A DNA stretch of 64,000 nucleotides from Candidatus Nezhaarchaeales archaeon (lineage in GTDB: Archaea; Thermoproteota; Methanomethylicia; Nezhaarchaeales; WYZ-LMO8), in assembly GCA_038887515.1 (NCBI GenBank), contig JAWAKK010000001.1:448001-512000 (forward strand), read 5' to 3'. A program made the translations under genes and the position numbers. Positions 28,674-37,590 of this stretch are shown here, in pieces. The notes beneath the pieces were generated by a model, which saw only the letters and a list, made by a program, of their open reading frames with translations, was not told the origin of the DNA and did no database searches. Every line of letters begins with the position of its first letter. Positions within the stretch are counted from its first letter, which is position 1.

Positions 28674-29406
28674 CCTCCAGCCCTCTTGAAGAGAAGCTCC
28701 TCGCCATCTTAGCTACCAGCCACCTCAGCTTCCTCACGTTAACTATTGGAATGCTTACGAGCGCTTCGACTTTGTTCTCCTTCTCGCTAATAGTTAAGAC
28801 CTCAGGTTCTCCAAACAGTTCAGGCTTTATCTCCATTAAGACCTCTTGAACAGCGTTTCTGACCTCTCCTACGCCCTTCCCATGAAAAGTTAATCTAAGC
28901 TCAACGTGCTTCACAATCGATTGCGACTTATTAATGATAGGGTTCTTCAGGAAGTATGAATTAGGTACTATTACTAGGTCACCTTCATAAGTTATGATCT
29001 CGGTATCTAATGCCTTAACAGTTCGAACAGTGCCTTCCACGTCACCGACCTTTATTTGATCTCCAACTTTAAATGGTCTCCTCAGAACTAGGTATAACTC
29101 TGAGGTCAAGTTAAGGATTACATCTCTCAAGCCAATGATCAGCAACACTACGATTATCACAGCAATTGCTGTGAGGATCGTCGTCTCTAAACTTAGAATG
29201 CTTATGGCAGCAACTACGCCTATGAATATGATGAAGTACCGAAAGATCTCAGCTACCCTCTTAGCAAATTCTGCTCCGAAGTTCGATAACACTCGTTCTA
29301 AGCTTGAGCGTGCATAGTTACTAATGAAGCATGCCAAGGCTACAGCTATAATAGCCATTACGATCCTTAAAAGGAGGTTTATCATTGGTTCTGAAAGCTC
29401 AAACAA
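28660..29406 (-). CDS. mscS: Small-conductance mechanosensitive channel
   Basis: Three TMs, RPFKVGD.IKVG..EG.V, VIVPNS. Confidence 0.85.
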   Translation of the reverse strand: MFELSEPMINLLLRIVMAIIAVALACFISNYARSSLERVLSNFGAEFAKRVAEIFRYFIIFIGVVAAISILSLETTILTAIAVIIVVLLIIGLRDVILNLTSELYLVLRRPFKVGDQIKVGDVEGTVRTVKALDTEIITYEGDLVIVPNSYFLKNPIINKSQSIVKHVELRLTFHGKGVGEVRNAVQEVLMEIKPELFGEPEVLTISEKENKVEALVSIPIVNVRKLRWLVAKMARSFSSRGLEVEVE

Positions 29407-29409
29407 CTC

Positions 29410-30060
29410 TTATCCCTCCACAACTCTTAATAATCTCTTAACTTTCTCCTCATATCCAACTACGTAAGCTCTCCATCCAACGTCGACCTCATCAATAGAG
29501 TTCGTTATCTCGCCTACTGGAGATACGAAGAGAGCAGCTAGGTCACGGTTCTTAGCCATCTCCTTCTTAAGTCGAGAAAGAAGTCGTCTATCACCCACCT
29601 TTATCGATACTACTTGAACTCCGGTTCTATGAAAGCTGTACAAAATGTTTACCTTGGCATCCAAGATCTCTGAAAACTCTATTGGTATCATTTTGTAGGG
29701 ATTAACTATGAAGGCTATCCCCTCTTTCAAGAAGATTTCAGCATTAAGTGGGTTGTTGATTATCGTTATTACTAGTGGAATGTTGCTCTCCTTAGCTACT
29801 TTGCAGTATCGAAGATTTAGTGAATCGCTTTCTGTAGCGGCTACGACCGCGTCTAGGATTCTCCCATTAGCTTTGATGTATCCCTCCACTTCATCGATAT
29901 CTAGCTGAATTATCTCTGCAAAGGGGAATAGCTTTGAGAGAACGTAGACCTTTTCGCTCGTAAACTCAACTATCATGAGCTTCCCGCTAAGATCTATCCT
30001 CTTAATGGTTTCCGCTGCAAAGTAGGCTGAGTGGCCCCCTCCAATTAGTAAGACCCTCAA
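29410..30060 (-). CDS. TrkA-N/RCK domain protein
   Basis: LLIGGGH, VVAATESDSLN, FIVNP. Confidence 0.7.
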   Translation of the reverse strand: MRVLLIGGGHSAYFAAETIKRIDLSGKLMIVEFTSEKVYVLSKLFPFAEIIQLDIDEVEGYIKANGRILDAVVAATESDSLNLRYCKVAKESNIPLVITIINNPLNAEIFLKEGIAFIVNPYKMIPIEFSEILDAKVNILYSFHRTGVQVVSIKVGDRRLLSRLKKEMAKNRDLAALFVSPVGEITNSIDEVDVGWRAYVVGYEEKVKRLLRVVEG

Positions 30061-30800
30061 ATGAATTCCCCATCAACTTCGGGCTTCAAGTTGAGACTCT
30101 TAACGCTCTTTAAGTACTTCTCGGCCCAGTAAGCATCTATTTTACGGTCCCTAATAGCTCTTTTCAGTATAGCTTCTGCAACCTCATAGGCCATATCCGT
30201 TAACGCGTGCAGAGGCTTCATCTCATGGTCCTTGTATCCAAGGTCCTTCTCAACGATCTTTGCTCCAAGCTTGTGAAAATCAATTAGCAAACCTACGTCC
30301 ACACCCCACCCTCTTTCAAACTCTACCTTATAGAACAATTTCCTTAATCCAGCAATCTCACCGCTTAAAGGCTGCTTGAACTTCGCCAGCTCAGGATAAA
30401 ACATCCTTAAAAGAGGTTTAGCAACTAACTCCGTAACTCTCCCAGCAGCCCTATCAAAACACCCCTTCACAAAGGCTGCCCACTCACTAATTAATGGTTC
30501 AGCTAAACTTTCAATGAAATCTGGAGTCAGGTTCTTGATGTCTACATCTAGAAAGACTAAAATATCTCCTTCCGCAAGATAAGCTCCATCCCGCATGGCT
30601 ATGCCCTTACCTGGATAAACCAAGTTGCTTTGAACTATGACCTTAGCACCCTCTTTTCTGGAAACTTCAACTGTCCCATCACTGCTACCGCCATCAACAA
30701 CTATCACTTCCATTACATGCTTTGCCTTAAAAGCTGTCTTTACAGCCCTCTTAACGTATTCCTCCCTATTCTTCACTGGAAAAATTACGGAGATCTCCAT
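30057..30800 (-). CDS. gpgS: Glucosyl-3-phosphoglycerate synthase-like glycosyltransferase
   Basis: PGKG.AM, DVD, GRVTELVAKPLL..F.PELA...QPLSGEIA, GVDVGLLID. Confidence 0.75.
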   Translation of the reverse strand: MEISVIFPVKNREEYVKRAVKTAFKAKHVMEVIVVDGGSSDGTVEVSRKEGAKVIVQSNLVYPGKGIAMRDGAYLAEGDILVFLDVDIKNLTPDFIESLAEPLISEWAAFVKGCFDRAAGRVTELVAKPLLRMFYPELAKFKQPLSGEIAGLRKLFYKVEFERGWGVDVGLLIDFHKLGAKIVEKDLGYKDHEMKPLHALTDMAYEVAEAILKRAIRDRKIDAYWAEKYLKSVKSLNLKPEVDGEFI

Positions 30801-30997
30801 GATAACATCCTAAATAATATTATAAGTTAGGGATACATAAATTATTACTTCAGGAAGCTCAAGTGCATGTACTAGAGTTTAGACGCACTTAACAGCATCA
30901 TCTATGTTGCCCGTAGCTTTAACTAAAAAGTCTACTGATACAAGGTTTAAATATTCATAGTCATAATTCGTGAATTTGAGGTATTGACCAGGGTGAA

Positions 30998-31375
30998 TTG
31001 ATGAAGTATCAAGAGCTGGCTTGCATCGTCTGTCCGCGTAGCTGTCTTTTGAGAGTTGTGATGAGTAATGAAAAGATCGTGGTTGAAGGCGCTAACTGTC
31101 AACGTGGTGTGGAGTATGCAGAGGAGGAAGTTTCTAATCCTAAACGAATTGTCTTCACCGTCATACCAGTTGAAGGCGGTGATCCACCCATAGTATCTGT
31201 GAAAACCACTAAGCCAATACCAAAGTTAGCTATACGTGAGCTCGTAACTAGGTTGCTTAACGTGAAGCTTAAAGCTCCGGTACTTGAAGGACAAATCGTC
31301 TTAAAGAACTTTCATGGAGCAGATGTCGTAGTAACGAGGAGATCTTTACCTACACGTTCTAGACATAACTCTTAA
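30998..31375 (+). CDS. DUF1667 CxxC protein (G3P dehydrogenase-associated)
   Basis: CIVCPRSC..C.RG..YA..EV..PKR, VSVKT.KPIPK. Confidence 0.8.
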   Translation: MMKYQELACIVCPRSCLLRVVMSNEKIVVEGANCQRGVEYAEEEVSNPKRIVFTVIPVEGGDPPIVSVKTTKPIPKLAIRELVTRLLNVKLKAPVLEGQIVLKNFHGADVVVTRRSLPTRSRHNS

Positions 31376-31499
31376 CTTGGTAAGGCTAATTTAGCCTTTA
31401 CGTGCCTTACCTCTATGCCGGGTGTGTCAGGTGCCTATCCTATCTTTGGCATTGAAGAACTTGATGATTGCTTGGGAGAACTTACATAAGGCATAGTAA

Positions 31500-33062
31500 T
31501 TGATGGGTGAAGCTGTCATGTACATTATGGCAATAGATAGCGGAACCACAGGTAGTCGTGTGGGGCTTTTTAATGAAGAGGGCAAGCCAGTAGCATGGTG
31601 CTATAGAGAGCATACACAAATATATCCACATCCTGGCTGGGTTGAACATAACCCCATCGAGATATGGGAGAACGTTAAGTACTGCATTAAAGAAGTTGTG
31701 GCTCAAAGCAACGTTAAGCCGAAGGAGATAGCTGGGATAGGCGTGACAAACCAAAGAGAGACTATTGTGGCTTGGAATCCAAAGACTGGTATAGTCTACG
31801 GTAATGCTTTGGTTTGGCAAGATAGGCGTACGGTGAACTACGTTGAGTACCTCAGAGAAAACTACTTAGAAATGATAAAGGAGAGAACTGGGCTCATACC
31901 GGATCCCTACTTCTCAAGCACCAAGATATGGTGGATGCTGGAAAATATTGAAAGTCTCCGTGAAAAGGCAAAAAGAGGTGAAGCGGTTTTCGGGACAATA
32001 GATACGTGGATCATATGGAACCTAACGAGAGGGTCTAAAGAAAACTTAACTCCGGAGTTTAACGGAGCCTTTGTGACGGATTATAGCAATGCTAGCAGAA
32101 GTATGATATTCAACATAAGGAAACTTGAATGGGACCTTGAGCTGGCAGAGGTGCAAGGGATGATACCGATAGAATCACTACCACTGACAAGACCGAGCAT
32201 AGATAGAGAAATCTATGGGTATACTGGGCTGGAGATGAGGTCAATTCTAGGCTCTGTGGAGGTGCCAATAGCAGGTGATGCAGGAGATCAGCAGGCAGCT
32301 CTCTTTGGGCAAGCTTGTTTTAGCGAGGGGGATGTGAAGTGCACCTATGGTACTGGTAACTTCATATTACTGAGCACTGGAAGAAGTGTGATAAGTTCAA
32401 GGCATGGTCTCCTTGTTACAGTTTATTACAGTGATAAGCCGAAGTCAGCTTACTATGCCCTTGAAGGTAGCATATTTGTGACTGGTGCGGCTATTCAATG
32501 GCTTAGGGACGGTTTGAAAATAATAGAAGTTTCAGCTGAAGTGGATCCTTTAGCTGAAGCAGCTGAAGACACTGGTGGAGTGTACTTCGTCCCAGCCTTC
32601 ACGGGACTGGGTGCACCTTACTGGGATCCGTACGCTAGAGGGCTGATAATCGGCATAACAAGGAACACCACGAGAAGGCACATTGCAAGAGCAGCGCTTG
32701 AATCGATAGCCTACTTGACCCGCGATGTAGTGGAAGTAATGAAGTTAGACGCAAGGAGGGAGATAAGCATACTGAAGGCTGACGGTGGAGCTTCTAGAAG
32801 CAACTTCTTAATGCAGTTTCAAGCAGACGTCCTCGGCATTAAGGTTATCAGACCAGTCGTTTATGAGACCACAAGCCTCGGAGCAGCATTCATGGCTGGG
32901 CTTGCAACAGGTGTTTGGAAGTCATTAGAAGAATTAAGTAGAGTATGGAAGCCTGAGAAGGTCTTCGAACCCAAGATGTCATTTGAAGAGCGAGAGAAGC
33001 GGTATGCAAATTGGAGGGCAGCAGTTAAAAGAGCCCTCAACTGGGCTAAGGAAGCTTCATAG
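31500..33062 (+). CDS. glpK: Glycerol kinase
   Basis: DSGTT, GWVEH, TNQRET, WQDRR, GDQQAALFG, YALEGS, PAFTGLGAPYW. Confidence 0.95.
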   Translation: MMGEAVMYIMAIDSGTTGSRVGLFNEEGKPVAWCYREHTQIYPHPGWVEHNPIEIWENVKYCIKEVVAQSNVKPKEIAGIGVTNQRETIVAWNPKTGIVYGNALVWQDRRTVNYVEYLRENYLEMIKERTGLIPDPYFSSTKIWWMLENIESLREKAKRGEAVFGTIDTWIIWNLTRGSKENLTPEFNGAFVTDYSNASRSMIFNIRKLEWDLELAEVQGMIPIESLPLTRPSIDREIYGYTGLEMRSILGSVEVPIAGDAGDQQAALFGQACFSEGDVKCTYGTGNFILLSTGRSVISSRHGLLVTVYYSDKPKSAYYALEGSIFVTGAAIQWLRDGLKIIEVSAEVDPLAEAAEDTGGVYFVPAFTGLGAPYWDPYARGLIIGITRNTTRRHIARAALESIAYLTRDVVEVMKLDARREISILKADGGASRSNFLMQFQADVLGIKVIRPVVYETTSLGAAFMAGLATGVWKSLEELSRVWKPEKVFEPKMSFEEREKRYANWRAAVKRALNWAKEAS

Positions 33063-33089
33063 TTATCAGAATAGAGAGAAGTGGTGTCG

Positions 33090-34558
33090 TTGAGGATCAT
33101 TATCATAGGAGCAGGAGTTGTTGGAGCAAGTATAGCCTACGTATTCTCCACCATCAAGGACCTAGAAGTGATCGTAGTAGAGAAGGAACCTGATGTTTGT
33201 TGGGGGGGTTAGTAAAGCTAATACTGGGATCATACATCCAGGTCACGAGGAGGATCCAAGAGTTCATCCTTTGAGAGCAAAGTTATGCGTAGAAGGCAAT
33301 AAGCTTTGGAGGAAATGGTCTTCACTAATGAACATACACTTCGAGGAGAGGGGGGAACTTATGATTTTCATAACACCAGAGGAAAGAAAGGAAGCTCTAA
33401 AGTACGTCGACCTTGCTAGGCTTAACGATGTGCCTGGAGTTTATATGCTTGAAGGACGTGAGGTTCTATTATTGGAGAAAAACGTGTCACCAAATGTACT
33501 TGGTGCAGTATACGCTAAGACTGCTGGTGTCATAAGCCCCTTTGAAGCCACCATAGCATTGGTAGAGAACGCCGTTGCGAATGGTGCAAGACTCTTAGTC
33601 AACACAGAAGTTGAGAGGATCGTCGTCAAGAATGGAGTGGTTAGAGGGGTTAAAACCAAGAGGGGTTTCATAGAGGGCGACGTAGTTGTAAATGCTGCAG
33701 GTCTTTACTCAGATAAGCTAGCACACACAGCCGGTGTAGAATTGGATTTCGAGATAAAACCAAGAAGAGGGCAGTACCTCCTTTTTGAAAAGGAGGCTGA
33801 GCCCAAGCCAAGAACAATACTTCATACGACACCCCCTAACCAAAGGAGTTTACGTCGTAACAACAGTTCACGGAAATCTCCTAGTAGGACCCACAGCCGA
33901 GGATTTGGACTATGAGGAAAGGGAGAATACCGCTACCACTGAAGCTGGGCTGGAACAATTAATTAAAGAGGCTCCAAGGATATACAGAATTCCGCCAAGA
34001 TCGAAAGTGATAAGATTCTTCAGCGGCTTAAGGCCTGAGCCACCTAATGGTAATTGGCTTATAAAGGCGTATGTCGAACCATGGGGTCTAGTCAACGTAG
34101 CAGGAATCAGGTCCCATGGGCTAACAGCTGCTCCTTCAATAGCATATTACGTCAAAGAGGTTGTTGAAGAGACTTTCGACTTAAGGCTTGAAGATAAGGA
34201 GGAGGTTAAGGTGGTGAAGAGCATAGAAAGGATGGCCGAGAAGAGTTACGAAGAGATAGACAAGCTCATACAGCAGAATCTCGACTACGGTGAAGTGATT
34301 TGCTATTGTGATGTGGTCTCGAGAGCTGAAGTACTTGAAGCACTGCAAAGGATCCTTGGAATAGGAGCTGAGCCCACGATTGATGGAGTAAAGTTTAGGA
34401 CGACCGCTGGCTTCGGTAAGTGTCAAGGATCTAGATGCAGAATAAGCATCGCCCAGATAATCTCTGAAGTCACTGGCAAGCCCCTCCACGCTGTGATGTG
34501 GAGGAGAGCCCCAATAGGTGTAGGTGATGTAAAGGTGCTCTTGAGGCAAAGAACATGA
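33090..34558 (+). pseudogene. GlpA-like FAD glycerol-3-phosphate dehydrogenase with two frameshifts
   Basis: TTG 33090 MRIIIIGAGVVG; frame breaks at G7 (33202-33208) and C5 (33832-33836); C-terminal C.C..G.CQG..C BFD-like domain. Confidence 0.8.
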
Positions 34559-35808
34559 GGCAAGTGAATTACGAAGCTGTCGTGATAGGTGGAGGACCAG
34601 CCGGGCTAGCAGCTGCTACAAAATTGGCCAAGAACGGCTTGAACATACTCCTCATAGAGAACAAGAGGTACCTTGGTGGAATACCAGTTCAATGTGTTCA
34701 CACAGGGTTTGGGCTTCTCCATTTCAAAAAGGACATGGCTGGAACAGAGTTTGCACAGAAGCTAATAGACATGTTCTTGAACACAGGAGCAGACTACATG
34801 GTTAAAGCTCACATTAGTGAAATAAGAGAAAAGACTCAGAGCACCTACGAGCTATTTGCAATATCTCGCGATGGTGTCTACAAGATAGAGACAAAGGACT
34901 TAGTTTACGCTGCAGGCGCGCGTGAGAGAAGCATATTTGAGATATGGGTGACAGGAGAGAGGCCTGAGGGCATTTATACAGCTGGAGAAGCTCAGGCATT
35001 AATGGACCTGTACGGCATCATGCCTGGAAGAGAGGTAGTAGTCATTGGAAGCGGCGATGTCGGCTTGATAATGGCTCGTAGGTTCGCTCTTGAAGAAGCG
35101 AACGCGAAGGCCGTCATAGAGATCATGCCCTACCCCGGCGGGCTAATTAGGAACGTTGTGTGGTGCTTGCATGACTTCAATATACCACTCCTCCTTAGCC
35201 ACATGGTGAAGAGGATTGAGGGCAAAAATAGAGTTGAGAAGGTTGTTGTGTGTAGAGTGGACGAAGAGCTGAAGCCTATACCGGGCTCAGATTTCGAGTT
35301 GAAGTGCGATACTGTAATAGTCTCAGCTGGCCTTAGGCCCGACATAGATCTGCTAGCTAAATTGGGCGTAGAGATTGATCCCGCTACAGGTGGTCCAGTG
35401 GTGAACGACCTTCTTGAGACGAGCAAGCCTAGAGTGCATGTCGCTGGGAACACGTTACTCATAAACGATTTGGTGGACTACGCCGTAGAGCAGGGTGAGT
35501 GGGCTGCTGAAGGTTTCTTAGAGAGGCTTGATGAGCAAGGGGACCATGAAGCCAAGATTAAAGTAGAGGCTGGCGAGGGCTTAAGATTTGTCGTGCCCCA
35601 CTACATTTCAGGTCTGAGGGATGTGATGTTCTACATGAGGGTTCGTATGCCAATAGAAGACGTGACGCTGGAGGCTGACGAGATAGGACTTCGCATGAAG
35701 CTTTACAAGGCTAGGCCCGCTGAGATTATTAGAATTAAGATCCCGAAGAAAGCACTTATGAGAGCTGAAGGGGTAGGCACCATAACATTTCATGTGAGAA
35801 GAACATAG
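34555..35808 (+). CDS. FAD/NAD(P) oxidoreductase, partner of the GlpA-like subunit
   Basis: GGGPAG, QCVH.GFG, GARER, GSGDVGLIMARR. Confidence 0.85.
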   Translation: MRQVNYEAVVIGGGPAGLAAATKLAKNGLNILLIENKRYLGGIPVQCVHTGFGLLHFKKDMAGTEFAQKLIDMFLNTGADYMVKAHISEIREKTQSTYELFAISRDGVYKIETKDLVYAAGARERSIFEIWVTGERPEGIYTAGEAQALMDLYGIMPGREVVVIGSGDVGLIMARRFALEEANAKAVIEIMPYPGGLIRNVVWCLHDFNIPLLLSHMVKRIEGKNRVEKVVVCRVDEELKPIPGSDFELKCDTVIVSAGLRPDIDLLAKLGVEIDPATGGPVVNDLLETSKPRVHVAGNTLLINDLVDYAVEQGEWAAEGFLERLDEQGDHEAKIKVEAGEGLRFVVPHYISGLRDVMFYMRVRMPIEDVTLEADEIGLRMKLYKARPAEIIRIKIPKKALMRAEGVGTITFHVRRT

Positions 35809-35920
35809 TAGTAACTCAAGCAATTGGTGCTGATCGCCCGACACCTCGTTTCCTCTACGTCGACTGCATGGCAAGAGATATTACAGTTAAGCTCAAAAAC
35901 TCAATAACTGGGTGCTGCCC

Positions 35921-36752
35921 TTGGCTTATTTTGAAGAGTTTGTAAAGCTTTGAAGCGGGATCGAGGTCTACCATAGATGTTGGACGGCAACTAATAGTAA
36001 AGGACTCATAGTGGGGATCCACGGCTTCGCGGAGCATGGTGGTAGATATGAGCATGTGGGCAAGTTCTTTGCAGATAATTTCTACGACTTCTGCATCATG
36101 GATTTAAGGGGGCATGTGAGAACAGCCGAGAAGACCACAAGGGGGTACGTAAAGAAGTTTGAAGACTACTTGGACGATCTAGGAGCGTACATAGAGTACG
36201 TGTCGTCGAGGACAAGGGCATGAGAAGGCATATTTACTAGGCCACAGCATGGGCGGCTTAATAGCAGTTTACTACGCTGGCTGCGTCGGTAAATGCGTTA
36301 GGACCCTCATTATCAGCGGGGCAGGAGTGTACTTAGTTATCCCAGCTCTGCAAAGACTTCTATTAGTGCTTCTTAGCGCTATCTCGCCCATGAGAAGGAT
36401 TGCCCTACCAATAGACCCAAGAGAGCTCTCGACCGATCCTGAAGTCGGTAGAAGGTATATGGAGGACCCCCTAGTATTCAAAGACCCCACAGTCAAGCTC
36501 CTACGCGAGCTCATAGGGGCTTCCCAAAGAGTTTGGAGGTACGTTGAGAAGATAAACGTGCCAGCACTAATAATGCATGGAGCCGACGATAAGATAGTGC
36601 CCGTCGAAGCATCAAGGAAGCTGTACAATGCGCTTAAAATTCAAAATAAAAATTTAAAAATATACCCCAACATGAAGCACGAAATTTTAAATGAAGTAGC
36701 TAAGCAAAACGTCTTGAGCGACATACTAGGGTGGCTTCAATCGCATCAGTAA
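35921..36752 (+). pseudogene. Lysophospholipase/monoacylglycerol lipase (alpha/beta hydrolase), disrupted
   Basis: TTG 35921, in-frame TGA 35951, +1 shifts near 36000 and 36215; HGFAEH, DLRGH, GHSMGG, HGADD, HE motifs spread over three frames. Confidence 0.85.
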
Positions 36753-36843
36753 AACCTCTTTTTTATGTTGTAAAGTTCTGTGAAGCATCAATTAAGCTTC
36801 GACCTCTTAAACTACTCTAAGGACGTTATTGACTGTTTCGAGG

Positions 36844-37131
36844 TCACACTCTGTGCATGGCCTTAAATATGTCGGAGTGTTGGACGAAAACCTCAACGCC
36901 CAGCTCCTTAGCCTTAGCCTCAAGCCTCTCTCTAAGCTCGTTCAAACTGCACCTAGCCTTGCTCATGTCAGCAATCATTATCATCGCGAAGAAGCCCCTT
37001 AGAACGGTTTGGCTAATATCCTCGATGTTCACATTAAAGCTCGCCAAGACGTTCGCAATTCCAGCAACTATACCTGGCTTATCGACACCTATAACCGTGA
37101 TCACTATAAGATCTTTATCGTGAGACCGCAT
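36844..37131 (-). CDS. ACT domain protein UPF0237
   Basis: ITVIG.DKPGIVA, NIEDISQT, DIFKAMHRV. Confidence 0.88.
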   Translation of the reverse strand: MRSHDKDLIVITVIGVDKPGIVAGIANVLASFNVNIEDISQTVLRGFFAMIMIADMSKARCSLNELRERLEAKAKELGVEVFVQHSDIFKAMHRV

Positions 37132-37590
37132 AGTTTACACCCAATAAGCAAATTAAACATCTTTAAACATTTTTAAACACTTTGAGAAAATAATGCTAGA
37201 TGCAACGAGACAAAGGAAAATAACCATTGAAAATTTCGGAAAGCCTTGTCGTAATTATCGTAATTATTGCTCACGTTCTGCATAACTACTATTAAAGGTT
37301 TAGTAGCTTGTTAGAGTCTTACAGGGTTGTATAATCTTGTCGATGTGCAGTTCCTCTTACAACCTTCATAAAAGTTAGAGGAATTTGCTTTGATAATTTT
37401 CTTTTTAAATAGTAATAAAGAGCTTCGTTAAAATGTGGTCAAGCTAGTTACTTTGTGTTTACGGAAGCTGCTTCAAAAATTAAAAAGTTGAAGCGAATAA
37501 AGCTGTACGATGTTTAGCTGAATCTTAAAAATTTTTAAATAAAAAATATGAAGTTTTAGTGTAATAAGAGAATACTGAAGGGAAGGCGAT

